From positions 1 through 51,123 of the IMG/VR virus record IMGVR_UViG_3300023218_000251: a stretch of DNA of 51,123 nucleotides. The stretch is one strand, 5' to 3'. The notes below the pieces were generated by a model. The model saw only the letters and a list, made by a program, of their open reading frames with translations, made no database searches and was not told the origin of the DNA. Shown one piece after another: positions 1-10,216 of the stretch; positions within the stretch are counted from its first letter, which is position 1; every line of letters starts with the position of its first letter. Both the position numbers and the translations under genes were made by a program. Source of the stretch: a virus. Its lineage: Duplodnaviria; Caudoviricetes.

Positions 1-15
1 CGCCGGATCCGGATT

Positions 16-141
16 GCCCGCGCCGTCGCAGGGCGCGGCGGATGCAGGGCAGGCCCACAGCGTATCGTCGGCCGTCTGCAGACAGAGCTCGCCGGATGTG
101 CCGCCCGTCTCGGCCGAGCAGTCGGCGGCCTGGCGGTCGAG
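16..141 (+). repeat. Terminal overlap, copy 1 (126 bp, identical to 50998-51123)
   Basis: Direct comparison gcccgcgccgtcgcaggg...ggcggtcgag; typical circular-assembly overlap. Confidence 0.95.
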
Positions 142-366
142 GCCCGCAAGAGTCAGACAAGCCGACGGCACCGTATCGGCCCCCGCACCGCCCACAGCCT
201 GCCCCGCCGTGCAGTCGTCGATCGCATCGAGGAACGTCTCGATGCCGGTAAAGGCACTCTCGAACTTGGCGGCGGTCTGCGGGCCAGCCGTAAACTCCTC
301 GCTGTTGGTGAAGCCGAGGAGCAGAAGCGACAGCAGGGCAATGCCAGCGAGAGTGTGACGAGACAT
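16..366 (-). CDS. N-terminal part of a ~1007-aa virion/receptor-binding or secreted protein that continues at 50997-48325 across the circular junction
   Basis: ATG at 366 preceded by AAAGGAA. Reads MSHTLAGIALLSLLLLGFTNSEEF...APCDGAG, then WLQIAGG... in frame into ORF 48325..50940. Confidence 0.8.
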
Positions 367-392
367 AGAGGGTTCCTTTGCGGTCGAAAGGG

Positions 393-452
393 TCATCGGG
401 TCGAGGCCTTGCCGCCATCGCCGTTCCAGTCCTGGAGAGTGAGCTTGGCCAT
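393..452 (-). CDS. Putative 19-aa peptide MAKLTLQDWNGDGGKASTR
   Basis: AGGAGG Shine-Dalgarno upstream of the ATG; fills the gap between two late genes. Confidence 0.3.
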   Translation of the reverse strand: MAKLTLQDWNGDGGKASTR

Positions 453-461
453 CGGGGCCTC

Positions 462-1553
462 CTACTGCTCGGCGCGGAAGGTGATTCCGTTCAGTCCCAA
501 CTGACCATTATTGTCAGCTGTAACCACTGCGTTCATATCTCCGTTCCAACGCACAGAAGTGCCGATGATGCTGACAAATGCGATTCCGACCGTTGCAAAG
601 TTATCAGGATCGGGATCCGCTGGAGCGAGAAACGTAAGATCTACGCTAGGACGATAGCCCTCAGGAAGTTCGAAAATTGCGTCGGAGGTTCCTTGACTTT
701 CAGAAGGTTCCGGCTGGCCCGCCACTTTTCGAACAACCCCAGCCAAATGCACGATACCACTCGCGTCTTTCCAAAATCGCGGGGCTCCTGAGCCTGGCGC
801 TGCTTCCCAATCAAAAATGAAATCAGGTTCGCCGGAAGCGCCCACGATATGCACATCTTCCCGCCCCAGCACGTCGATCAAGATCCAGACGTTGCCTCGC
901 CGCTGAACCAACGCGTGCATCGTCGTGTTGTTGAGCTCCAGGTCGAGCCCGCCGAAGTTGGTGAGGTCGATATCGCCAGCCAGGCCGCCGTTGGCCAAGT
1001 GCTTCAAGACAATCGTCCGATCATTGTTGACTGGAAAAACAAGAACCAGTCGTCCAATTGGGTGATTGGAGATTTCCATGGACTCCAAGTCATCCGTCGG
1101 CGCAGCGCCTGCGGTATCGATTCGCAACACGGACTGAGTCGGAAAGATGGCTCCGTTCTGGTCTACCGTATGGTCTTCGATTCCGTCGTTCCCCAAGGTG
1201 GGTACATTTTCATAGGCCGTTGCGGTGAGGACTCCGACCGCATCTCGCGTCCCAGCTCCCCAATTCACGCGCGCGCCGCCGTTGCTGCTGCCCTCGACGG
1301 TCGTCGGATCGAGCGTGTCGAGAGTCCCCTCGGTGAGCGTCGCCACCCCCCATTCGGAGTCGGCCCCGCCGCCCGCCACGTCGCTCACGAGATAGCGGAC
1401 CTCCCAGGGCCCGGTAGAGTCGCCCGTGATCTCCTTTGCCGCCGTGACGAACGAACGAAACCCGGCGACGGCACCGTCCAGCTCATAGGGCTGGGTGTCG
1501 CCTTGCGTGACAGTCGTCTCTTTCGCGCGGTCGAGAATCAGTGTGCGAGGCAT
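462..1553 (-). CDS. Tail fibre / tail tip protein
   Basis: 363 aa, downstream of tail-tip genes. C-terminal 'GIVHLAGVV...IFELPEGYRP' motif is typical of phage tail-fibre domains. Confidence 0.7.
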   Translation of the reverse strand: MPRTLILDRAKETTVTQGDTQPYELDGAVAGFRSFVTAAKEITGDSTGPWEVRYLVSDVAGGGADSEWGVATLTEGTLDTLDPTTVEGSSNGGARVNWGAGTRDAVGVLTATAYENVPTLGNDGIEDHTVDQNGAIFPTQSVLRIDTAGAAPTDDLESMEISNHPIGRLVLVFPVNNDRTIVLKHLANGGLAGDIDLTNFGGLDLELNNTTMHALVQRRGNVWILIDVLGREDVHIVGASGEPDFIFDWEAAPGSGAPRFWKDASGIVHLAGVVRKVAGQPEPSESQGTSDAIFELPEGYRPSVDLTFLAPADPDPDNFATVGIAFVSIIGTSVRWNGDMNAVVTADNNGQLGLNGITFRAEQ

Positions 1554-2417
1554 CTAGGGTCTCTCCCATTCTTGGATCTGAAAGCGGCGGACGAAGACGT
1601 TCGCCGGCTCAGGAATCACTACCGGATCGAGCTCGCCGAACACCCCATACACCGATTGCTCCATCAGCAGGGACGGACGGTCGATATCCTTCACGACCAG
1701 TACGTCGCGGGACGTTCCGCGCAAGCGGTCCAGGCGCGCGGTCTCCGTGAATAGCAGGTCCTCGTCGCTGTTCTGGAGGACGAAAACCATTCTCCGCCAC
1801 TGTCCGCGCGTCCCGGTATGCAGCCTGCCGAACGGTGTTCGCCGCACGAGACTTGCGTCGTTGAACCCGATGCTCGCCCCCGGCGTCATGTTGATCGGAG
1901 GCTCCCACGGATCGCCCAGGTAAAGGCGACCGGCGGTGAAGACGCTGTCCTCCTCGCCCGGCGCCACTTGGATTGTCAGCTCCCAGAAGCGAAACGTCTG
2001 GATCGGGTCGATCTTCAGAAACCCATGCACCCGATCCCAGGTCCCAAGCCCGGTGGTGGGCCAGACATCGACGAATCCCGAATTGAAGCCGCCGGCCCAC
2101 GTACTGGCGTCGCCCCACGTACTGCCATCGGCCCAGAAGCTGGTAGCGTCAAACCCATCGACAAGGTCGGACGCGCGAATGCGCCACTGCGTGGTGGCCG
2201 TGGCGTTCGTATAGCCGAGAAATGCGAGGCGTACGGGCGTCGCCGCTCCCAGGTCGAACACCACCCGGGCCTCGCGGTCGGGGCCTGGGACCACCGTCCA
2301 TGTCTCGGTCGGCTGGGGTGTCAAAAGGTTCTGGGCCGGCCCGCCCGGCTTCTCGTCCCGCTCCACGATCTGCGCGCCGTCCGAGGCCAGCGGATCGGCG
2401 ATCCACACCCGGCTCAC
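1554..2417 (-). CDS. Minor tail protein
   Basis: GTG start overlaps the upstream TGA; 'FDLGAATPVRL', 'FRFWELTI', 'GRLYLG' motifs; position after the tape measure gene. Confidence 0.7.
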   Translation of the reverse strand: MSRVWIADPLASDGAQIVERDEKPGGPAQNLLTPQPTETWTVVPGPDREARVVFDLGAATPVRLAFLGYTNATATTQWRIRASDLVDGFDATSFWADGSTWGDASTWAGGFNSGFVDVWPTTGLGTWDRVHGFLKIDPIQTFRFWELTIQVAPGEEDSVFTAGRLYLGDPWEPPINMTPGASIGFNDASLVRRTPFGRLHTGTRGQWRRMVFVLQNSDEDLLFTETARLDRLRGTSRDVLVVKDIDRPSLLMEQSVYGVFGELDPVVIPEPANVFVRRFQIQEWERP

Positions 2418-4135
2418 GCCGTTGTCCCTGGCTTGGGCACGCCCAGAAGCTCGAGCTGCGCGGTCCGCTCGGTGCCGTCCTCGACCACCCGCCGCACCCA
2501 CCACTTCTGGGTGCCGATGCCCGGACGGAGCGACACCGTCCGCACCACATCGCCCGGCTCAATTTGAAAGCGGGCGCGTCCTTGCACCAGCCGCACGATC
2601 ATGCGGCGGCGTTTCTCGCGCTGGAACATCTCGTTGGCCAAAGTCTGCGCGTCGAGCTCCACGTCGAGCGCTGTGGCCACGTCGGCCCGCACCGCATGGA
2701 GATGCTGGGTGCGCACGGACTCCAACGAGCGGATGACGCGCAGGCCGACCGACGAGAACTCGTCGCGCTCATCGGCCGTCAGGCTGCCGGCGAGTGCATC
2801 GGAATCCTGTACCACCTGATTCGGGCGGTACAGAAGCCGCAGCCCCCAGACGGGCGCCGGCCCGGCTCGCACGGCGGGCGCCTCGGCCAGCTCCGTCTCG
2901 ACCAGTGTTTCGCGCGCCGAGCGCGTCTCGGGCCGGAGAAATGGGCCGATCCGCAGCCGCCTCGTGCGGCTGAACGCAATCCATCCATCCGCCTGGCGCA
3001 TCACGCGGCGCAGGGCGTCGAGGACGGAGAGTCGGTCGGCGCCCTGGAAGAAGCCGCTCACGCCGCGCAGGGGAAAGGAGGCGAAGGAACCCGTGTCGAG
3101 GCTCCCCGGATCGGCCACGCCCCCCAGGCGGGTCGCGATCCGGCGGGCAATGTCGCGGGGCTCCGAGACAAACCCGCCCTCGTCATCGCCCTCGATGTCG
3201 CCCGTGATGCGGCCTGAGGGCTGCGCCCCGAGCCGGACAAAGCCGCGGTCGAGCTCGGTGATGAAGGCGCCGAGCGAGGGAGCCGGGGCCGCCTCAATGT
3301 CCGCCACGCCCCCCTCCGGCGTGAGCGCCACGCCCGAGTCGCGCAGCGAGAGCACCGCCTGCATCGATCCATCATGGAACTGGTAGATCTGGTTGGCGCC
3401 GTCGACGAGCACCGGCTCGACGTTTCGAAACTTTCCGAACGCCAGAGGCTTCGGGCGTCCCTTGAGCCGGTCGCCGCCTTGCAGGCCGCCGCTCCCCGCG
3501 TAGGTCGTGGACTGGAGATCGTTTTCCAGCTCCTCCATCGCATCGGCCACCGCCACCCGCACCTCGTCCGTATCGAGCTCGACGGACGCGACGAAGCCCT
3601 CGAAGATCGTCTCGAAGCGGTCCCAGGGGAGCGTTTCCTCGTTGGCCTGCCCGACGTGAAAGGTCCCGCCCACGCGAATCGTGACGGGCCGACGCTCGAC
3701 GGACAGCCCGGCCAGAGTGTCGAATGCCCCGTCGGGATTGGCGATGCGCAAGATGCCCAGACTGCGCCGGCCGACGACGTCGCCCTGCCGCGGCATGGGA
3801 AGCTCGCTATCCAGCTCGTAGGGACGCGTCAAGCGCGGTAAAAACAGAGCATTGGGCGGGTTGTCAGTGGGCTGCGTGCGAAAGCCGCGGTCTGAAACGC
3901 GGATGGCTGTGGACACGGCGCTGTCGCCTTCGCGCAGGGCTGCCACCGGCTCGCTCGCCACCGCATAGGGAAACTCCGAGCCCCCGCTCGCCGTCTGGGG
4001 CTGGATCTCTACCGTGAAAACCAGCTCGGCGTCGCGATCGGACGCGAGCAGGGCCAGCACGCCGAGGACGATCGTCCCGCTGTCGACGTTGGATGCGAGC
4101 GGCGTTGCGGCCACCTGCGAGAGGGCCGGAATCAT
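2414..4135 (-). CDS. Tail tip / hub protein
   Basis: 573 aa, ATGA-coupled to the tape measure gene; 'YAGSGGLQG...KGRPKPLAFGKFRNVEPVLVD' resembles siphophage tail-tip proteins. Confidence 0.75.
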   Translation of the reverse strand: MIPALSQVAATPLASNVDSGTIVLGVLALLASDRDAELVFTVEIQPQTASGGSEFPYAVASEPVAALREGDSAVSTAIRVSDRGFRTQPTDNPPNALFLPRLTRPYELDSELPMPRQGDVVGRRSLGILRIANPDGAFDTLAGLSVERRPVTIRVGGTFHVGQANEETLPWDRFETIFEGFVASVELDTDEVRVAVADAMEELENDLQSTTYAGSGGLQGGDRLKGRPKPLAFGKFRNVEPVLVDGANQIYQFHDGSMQAVLSLRDSGVALTPEGGVADIEAAPAPSLGAFITELDRGFVRLGAQPSGRITGDIEGDDEGGFVSEPRDIARRIATRLGGVADPGSLDTGSFASFPLRGVSGFFQGADRLSVLDALRRVMRQADGWIAFSRTRRLRIGPFLRPETRSARETLVETELAEAPAVRAGPAPVWGLRLLYRPNQVVQDSDALAGSLTADERDEFSSVGLRVIRSLESVRTQHLHAVRADVATALDVELDAQTLANEMFQREKRRRMIVRLVQGRARFQIEPGDVVRTVSLRPGIGTQKWWVRRVVEDGTERTAQLELLGVPKPGTTA

Positions 4136-7100
4136 GCGACGCTCCGCTCGCGCTGCACGAGCCGCTCGACGGTCCGCGCCAGTCGCTCGTTGCTCTCCCG
4201 GAGCTCTCGCAGCTCTCGGCGGAGCTGCCGCAGCTCGTCCTGCTCCGAAGCGCTCGACAGAGCTACCGTCCGGCTGACACCGGCCACCTGATCTTCGAGC
4301 GACCCCGTGCTGATCGTGACCGTCTCGCCGGCGCTCGCCCGGAAGGCCACCGGATTTTCAAATCCTTGGGACGGCGGCAGCGTAAAAGAGCCGCCCGTCT
4401 GAAAGCCTTCCAGGTTCTGGGGGAGCAGAGCTTCCAGATTGCGCAGCGTCTGAAGGATGAACTGGTCTCGCTCGAACCGTTCCGCACTCGACGCGAAGAG
4501 TTGCTCGTTCAGCGAGAGGAGTTGCTGGGCGACGTCCACGAAGTCGCCGATGGCCTGCACGTCGCCACCGAACGCGAGGGGACGAAGTCGCTCAAACTCG
4601 GCCTGGGCCTGCCGGAATTGTTCGGCGAGCGGAAGCGCCTGCTCTTGCCGCTGCTCGCCCTGCTCGATGGTCTGCGAGAGGCCGGTCTGCTGATCGATAA
4701 GCTGGCGGGCCCGAATCGCCTCTAGCTCGTTGATCGAGGCCAAGGAGATGCCCAAGAGGTCGGCGTTCTCCCGGAGCGTCTCGAACTGGCGGCCGAGGTC
4801 GGCCAAGGCCTGGCCCAGCGGATCCTGCGCTTCGTTGAGCAGCGCATCGATCTGTGCCTGGAAATCGCGCGAGGGGTCAAGACCCACGGCCTGCGCCACG
4901 ATCTGCTGGGCGCTCAGCCGCTCCAGCTCGTCGATGGATGCAACCGAAACCCCGAGCTCATCGGCAGTCCGGCGGAGCCCGTCCATTTCCTCGCGCAAGT
5001 CCGACAAGGCCACGGCGAGCGGATCGCGGATGGCGAGAATCTGCTCATCCACCTGGCCCAGAAGGTCTTGCCCCAGTCGATCAATGGCCAAAGCGCGGCC
5101 TTGCTCGATTTTGGCCAGCTCTTCCTCCGCCACGAGGAACTTCTCCGCGTTTTCCGTTAGCTCATCGAATCCCTCGTTGATCTCGTCGAGCGTGTCCAAA
5201 AACTCCGCTTCCGCCTGCGTTTGCATCGGCGGCAAAGGCTCCAGGGCCTGGTTGATTCGCGCCGTGACGTCTCGGCGCGTCGCGAGAAATTCCTGAACCT
5301 CCTCCGAGAATCGAGGAAGCGAGACCTCGGGGTTTTTGAAAAACGACTTCCTGGCCTTGTCGAACGTGATTCCCGCATCCTCAGCAAATTGCTCAACCGC
5401 AGGGAGGAAGGCGTTGACGACGAACGCCTCGGACAATCGGGCTTTGCCGAAGGTCCCTTTGACGCGCAGCAAATCCTCTCTCCCCGCGTCGATCGCAATC
5501 TGCTCGAAGATACGGCTCAAGCGATCCGCGACGAGCGTTGAGGCTTCGTTGTCGAACCTCCGAAAGTCTTCCCTCAGACCGGGCCGAGACGCCAACCGCT
5601 GATTGATGCGTGCGATCTCGTCTGGATCGAGAAACCGGCTAATACCGCGGTCGATCTGTGCTACCGTGTCCGCAAATTCGCTCGGCACATCGCCCAAGCC
5701 GACTGGCGAGCCGAGCGGTCCCCCGAGACGTCCTTCGGCTTTTGACGGATCTCCACCAAAGATGGAGAGCAATGCGCCCGCGATCGCGCCGACGGGGCCC
5801 AGGAACGAAAGCCCGGTGAACGTAGCCGCCGTACTTCCCAGTACGGCCCCTCTTCCGGCTCCGACAATGCCCCGCCGGAACTCGCTATTGCTCTGGACAT
5901 CGAAAGGGTTCTGCCCGGTGGCAACAGCCTGAAACGTGGCACCCGCCGTTTCGCCAATGATTCGGCCCACCGCCGCGCCGATGCCGCCTCCCAGCGGACC
6001 GCCCAAAATCGTTCCGCCGATGGCCCCGGCCACTGCGCCGACGCCACCGCCGATCGATCCACCGAGCGACTGCTGACCGTTGAGATCCCCGAGGCCCAGA
6101 GCATCTGCGATGGCACCGCCCGCACCAAAGCCCAGCACGCTTGCGCCCAAGCTTTGCAGCAGGCCAAGGCCGGCAGCGGCCGTGCTTCCCTGGACGTTGA
6201 GGTTGCCGGGCGGCGCGAGGATGGAAGGCGATCCAGGGCCTGGCTGGGAAATCGTCACGTTGGGCGACGGACCTCCGATCCCGATGGCCTGAGCGATGCT
6301 CCCGATTCCCTGCTGGATGGGGCCGAACACCCCGCCCAGAGCTTGGCCCAGCAGGCCTCCGCCGCCGGCGCCCCCCGCTCCGCCGCCGCTCCCGCCGAGC
6401 ACGGACTGAAGGCCAAGCGTCTGCGCGAGGCTGCTCGCGATCCCGCCTCCGCTCGCACCGCCCCCTCCTCCGCCGGCTCCGATCGCCGCCAGCCCCAGCT
6501 GCTGGGCGATGCCGCTCAGCCCGGTGGCATTGAGGACGCCGCCGACCACGGGGCGGAAGATCAAGAGCGCTGCGATCTCCGCCGCAAGGCTCTTGAAAAT
6601 GTCGAGAACGCGGTCGGCGAACCCGCCAAACCCGTCGATCCCATTGTCGAAGATCTCGAGGAACGTGTCGGCGAAGGCCGTCTGAATGTTTCGCGCGGCT
6701 TGGATCAACGCCTCCTCGAACGCCCGGCCCGCATCGTTGGACTGGCGCAGCCGATCGTTGAGCGTCTCCTGCTCTTGGATCACGTCGGCCACGGCCGCCA
6801 CCAGATCGTCGCCCACAAGCCCTTCCAGCTGTGTGCCCTGGGTAATCGCTTCCTGTTGCTCCTCCGACAGCTGGCCCACCAGCTCGCGGGCCTCCTGCAA
6901 CGCCTCCACCTCGGCGACGGCCGCAGCGCCTCCCTGCGCCTGGGCCGCGACGCGCTCTCGAAGCTGCGCCTCATTCTCGAGAAGCGAGGCCAGCCCCTCC
7001 TGTGCCTCCTGCTCGCGTCGCCGCTCCTCGTTCAGGTCGAAGAGTGCGCCGGCCTGCTCGCCGGCCACGCGGGCGAGCTCGAGGCGCCGGTCGATCTCAA

Positions 7101-9324
7101 CCTCCGCCAGCTCCTTGAACGTGCGAAGGCGCGCCTCGACCACGGCGCGCTCGCGGCCTTCGGTCTGCAGGAGCGCGGCCTGCTCCGTCTGGGACGCGAG
7201 CTGACCCTGGAACGCCTCAAGCTGCTGCTGGCGGGCATCGGTCGTGGCCTCGGTCGCCTGCGCCACGCCCTGCTCCGTCTTCAGCAAGCGCTGGAGGACG
7301 CTCTCCAGCTTTTCCTCCTGCTGGAGCCGGTCGGCGAGCGCCGCGGTGACCTGCTGAGTCGAGGCAGCCCGCTCCAGGTCGAGTCTCTGCCGGACGCGCG
7401 CAAGGTCGGCGTCCGACAAAGAGCCAACGAGGCGCTCCGCCTCCTGCTCGGCCTGCACGCGTCCGATGGCCTGAGGGCCACCGGCGCGCCCTGCGGCCAC
7501 CTGCTCTTCAATCTGAGCGATGCTCTGCAGGGTTTTTTCGATCTCGTCGCGGGCCTTGCGGCTTTCTTCCGTGATCCGAAACTCACCCAGATCGGCATCG
7601 GCCTGCGACAACGACTCCAATGCCGACTCAAAGACCGAGATCGTCTGCGTCGTCAGCTCCAGATTTGTGCGCGCCTGCGTCGCCTGCTCGCCGATCAGAC
7701 CGCCCAGGACCCGCTCGAACCCCTCGCGCCGGGGGTCAATCTGCGCCTGGAGTTCTTCGCGCTCTTCGCGCAGCAACTCCAGGCGTCGCCGAATCTCTTG
7801 TTCGTTGCCCTCCTGGGCCAGACGCCCGGCCGCTGCCACGTCGCTCAGCAGCTGGGCGCGACGCTCCAAGGCCTGAGTCTCCTGCTCAAAGGCCGTTCCG
7901 CCCAGCACCGTTCCAAGCCGACCCTCTTGAAACGCTCGCCTTCTCTCGATTTCGTCGGCCAGATCGCGGATCTCGTTGCGCAACGACCGCAGGCTTTGAT
8001 TTTCGAGATCCGCAAAGATCTGGGCGAAGTCGGCGAAAAAGACGATGGCCTCCTGGAGCTGCACTGTCATCTCTTCAAACGCCGGCGTGAAGTCGGCAAA
8101 CACGGCCAGCGCCGTCGCCGACAGCTGCTCCTTCAGGAGATCCATCTGGTTGGTGGCGCGTTCGGCCTCGGCCACCGTCTGCCGGTCGATGATGAGCCCA
8201 AGCTCTCGAAACCGCTGTCTGCTGTCCTCCAGCTCCGCGTTGGTCTCGCCCAAGACGTTGGCGAGCCGGATGAATCGCCGGCTGAACAGATCGGCTGCGA
8301 TGCCCGCGCGCTCGACACCCGAAACCGTCTCGTCGGTCCTCTCTACGACCTCGCGGAATGCGCTCTCCACGTCGAGCCGCTGAAGGTCCTCCAGCGTAAG
8401 TCCGAGGCGCTCGAACGCATCGCGCGCCTCGCCCGTACCCTGGCGCGCTTCCGAGAGCCGCCGTGCGAAGGCCTCCAAGCCGCGGTCGATGTTCTCCACG
8501 CCGCGCTCGAGGCCGATAAACCGAAGCTCTTGCAAGAACTCGACATCCACCCCCACCGCACGCGCCTGCTTGCCCAGATCATCAAGCGAACGGGCGGCGC
8601 GGGAGACGGCGGTGACGAAGCCTCCGACCGCCAAAAACGCCGCGCCGGCCGCGATCACGCCCTTGGTCAGGCGGCTCATGCCGCCTTGAGTCTCTTCGAC
8701 GAGGCTGTTGACGGCGAGCAGGCGGGCGCCCACCCCAGACAACGGGCCGAAGGCGAGAACGGAGAAGCTGCGGGAGAGCTGGCCGACGTTGGTGCGAAGG
8801 CCCGCCATGTTCAGCCGCAAATCGCGGGCATTCACCGCTTGAGTGGAGAAGGTCTCGTTGATCCGTCCGCCCGCGTTGCGCACCCGCTCCTGAACCCGCA
8901 CGAGCCTTTCCTGGACGTTGACCGTCTGTCCGAGAGCTTCCCGCTGCCGGATCAACGCGCGCTCCCGTTGGGCGAACGCACGATTCTCGTCGCCTAGCGT
9001 CGAGAGCAGGGTGAGGGCGGTGCGAAGCTGTCTTTGCTGGACTCGGGTCGAGTCCTGGCGCGCGGCCGTCGCGCGGCGCGTGGAATCCGCGACCTGGCTG
9101 GTCGCGCGCGCCTGATTCTGGAGGGCCTGGTTTTGGCGGGAGAGATCCGCGGTCTGCGCGCCGACGCCGGGGCCGCCGCGGATCGCGGCCATTGCCCGGG
9201 CCACCTGCTGCATCGCCTGGGCGAGCTGCGTGGCCTCGCGGCGGCTGCGCTCTGAGCCGCGGACGAATTGACGAAAGCCCTGCTCGGCCGGTCGAGCGTC
9301 GACATCGAGGCGGACCGACGGCAT
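4132..9324 (-). CDS. Tail tape measure protein
   Basis: 1730 aa, Ala/Glu/Gln/Arg-rich helical sequence with Gly-rich hydrophobic segments; follows the chaperone pair. Confidence 0.92.
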   Translation of the reverse strand: MPSVRLDVDARPAEQGFRQFVRGSERSRREATQLAQAMQQVARAMAAIRGGPGVGAQTADLSRQNQALQNQARATSQVADSTRRATAARQDSTRVQQRQLRTALTLLSTLGDENRAFAQRERALIRQREALGQTVNVQERLVRVQERVRNAGGRINETFSTQAVNARDLRLNMAGLRTNVGQLSRSFSVLAFGPLSGVGARLLAVNSLVEETQGGMSRLTKGVIAAGAAFLAVGGFVTAVSRAARSLDDLGKQARAVGVDVEFLQELRFIGLERGVENIDRGLEAFARRLSEARQGTGEARDAFERLGLTLEDLQRLDVESAFREVVERTDETVSGVERAGIAADLFSRRFIRLANVLGETNAELEDSRQRFRELGLIIDRQTVAEAERATNQMDLLKEQLSATALAVFADFTPAFEEMTVQLQEAIVFFADFAQIFADLENQSLRSLRNEIRDLADEIERRRAFQEGRLGTVLGGTAFEQETQALERRAQLLSDVAAAGRLAQEGNEQEIRRRLELLREEREELQAQIDPRREGFERVLGGLIGEQATQARTNLELTTQTISVFESALESLSQADADLGEFRITEESRKARDEIEKTLQSIAQIEEQVAAGRAGGPQAIGRVQAEQEAERLVGSLSDADLARVRQRLDLERAASTQQVTAALADRLQQEEKLESVLQRLLKTEQGVAQATEATTDARQQQLEAFQGQLASQTEQAALLQTEGRERAVVEARLRTFKELAEVEIDRRLELARVAGEQAGALFDLNEERRREQEAQEGLASLLENEAQLRERVAAQAQGGAAAVAEVEALQEARELVGQLSEEQQEAITQGTQLEGLVGDDLVAAVADVIQEQETLNDRLRQSNDAGRAFEEALIQAARNIQTAFADTFLEIFDNGIDGFGGFADRVLDIFKSLAAEIAALLIFRPVVGGVLNATGLSGIAQQLGLAAIGAGGGGGGASGGGIASSLAQTLGLQSVLGGSGGGAGGAGGGGLLGQALGGVFGPIQQGIGSIAQAIGIGGPSPNVTISQPGPGSPSILAPPGNLNVQGSTAAAGLGLLQSLGASVLGFGAGGAIADALGLGDLNGQQSLGGSIGGGVGAVAGAIGGTILGGPLGGGIGAAVGRIIGETAGATFQAVATGQNPFDVQSNSEFRRGIVGAGRGAVLGSTAATFTGLSFLGPVGAIAGALLSIFGGDPSKAEGRLGGPLGSPVGLGDVPSEFADTVAQIDRGISRFLDPDEIARINQRLASRPGLREDFRRFDNEASTLVADRLSRIFEQIAIDAGREDLLRVKGTFGKARLSEAFVVNAFLPAVEQFAEDAGITFDKARKSFFKNPEVSLPRFSEEVQEFLATRRDVTARINQALEPLPPMQTQAEAEFLDTLDEINEGFDELTENAEKFLVAEEELAKIEQGRALAIDRLGQDLLGQVDEQILAIRDPLAVALSDLREEMDGLRRTADELGVSVASIDELERLSAQQIVAQAVGLDPSRDFQAQIDALLNEAQDPLGQALADLGRQFETLRENADLLGISLASINELEAIRARQLIDQQTGLSQTIEQGEQRQEQALPLAEQFRQAQAEFERLRPLAFGGDVQAIGDFVDVAQQLLSLNEQLFASSAERFERDQFILQTLRNLEALLPQNLEGFQTGGSFTLPPSQGFENPVAFRASAGETVTISTGSLEDQVAGVSRTVALSSASEQDELRQLRRELRELRESNERLARTVERLVQRERSVA

Positions 9325-9702
9325 CTACCGCCGCTTTCTCCGGCCGCCTTCGGCCTTGCGCCGGGCCGACTCGATCTCCTCGCTCCGCTGCTCGTGGATG
9401 CGGGAGGAGAACGCGGCGTCCATGGAGGCGAGCGCCGCAAAGAGACGGCGGGGGTCACACGTCGGGTGAAGCTCTCGCCACAGATCGAGAGCCACCTTGC
9501 GATCGACCGGCCGATCGGAGGGCGTCCCGGCCCGCAGAATGCTCCAGTAGAAGTCGAGCGCCTCAGTCTCCGGGCCATCGAGATCCGGAAACAGACCAAG
9601 CACGTCCTCCACATCCCCCCCGTGCTTCTCGGCCGCCTTGACCGTCGCCTCCGTCATCCGACTGCGCCGGGCTAGCCAGTCGACGGCGGCTCGGAGTTTC
9701 CC
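9325..9702 (-). CDS. Tail assembly chaperone C-terminal extension (gpGT-like -1 frameshift product)
   Basis: The -1 frame is open from the GGGAAAC slippery site (GKLRAAVDWLARR...) to the TAG just before the tape measure gene. Confidence 0.75.
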   Translation of the reverse strand, partial: GKLRAAVDWLARRSRMTEATVKAAEKHGGDVEDVLGLFPDLDGPETEALDFYWSILRAGTPSDRPVDRKVALDLWRELHPTCDPRRLFAALASMDAAFSSRIHEQRSEEIESARRKAEGGRRKRR

Positions 9703-10097
9703 AGGCTCTCGTCCTCGCCCTCTCGATCGGCCTCCGCCATCTCGGTGGCCGCCTGGTAGACGGCCTGGAAGAACGGGAGGAAGGCGCCGTCGGGATCGTC
9801 GGCCCACTCCTCGGCCATCGTCCGGTCGAAGGCGATGGCGGTGCCGGCATCCTCCACACCCTTCCAGTCCTCGAGGCAGGCGGTGACCGAGCGGACGTTG
9901 GCCAGCGCCGCTTCGGTCCCGCTCCACCCCTTGCGAAGCTGCTTGGGCTTGAGCCGGGAAAGCTGCTCCTGGCGTCGGCGATAGGCCTTGCACTCAGTCG
10001 ACTTGAGCTTGACGTTGATCCCGCGGAACCGCTCGTCGTAGTCCCCGAGCACCTTCCACTCGGTTCGCTCCACGTCAATCGCGATGTTGAGTCCCAT
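9672..10097 (-). CDS. Tail assembly chaperone (gpG-like)
   Basis: GGAGG SD plus ATG (MGLNIAID...); lies between the tube and tape measure genes; 'LEDWKGVED' motif. Confidence 0.8.
   Translation of the reverse strand: MGLNIAIDVERTEWKVLGDYDERFRGINVKLKSTECKAYRRRQEQLSRLKPKQLRKGWSGTEAALANVRSVTACLEDWKGVEDAGTAIAFDRTMAEEWADDPDGAFLPFFQAVYQAATEMAEADREGEDESLGNSEPPSTG
9696..9702 (-). promoter_or_regulatory. Programmed -1 ribosomal frameshift heptamer G GGA AAC
   Basis: XXXYYYZ heptamer in the correct phase near the 3' end of the chaperone gene (CTG GGA AAC). Confidence 0.8.
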
Positions 10098-10216
10098 CCT
10101 CCAGAGTCCTGCCCCGGTCCGCCCAAGGGTCGGCCTTGCGACGGGGAGCGTTGGTCGACAAACGCCAGCGGATGACGGGCACTGGCCAACCCGAAGAAGC
10201 TCAGACGGGAACCGGA

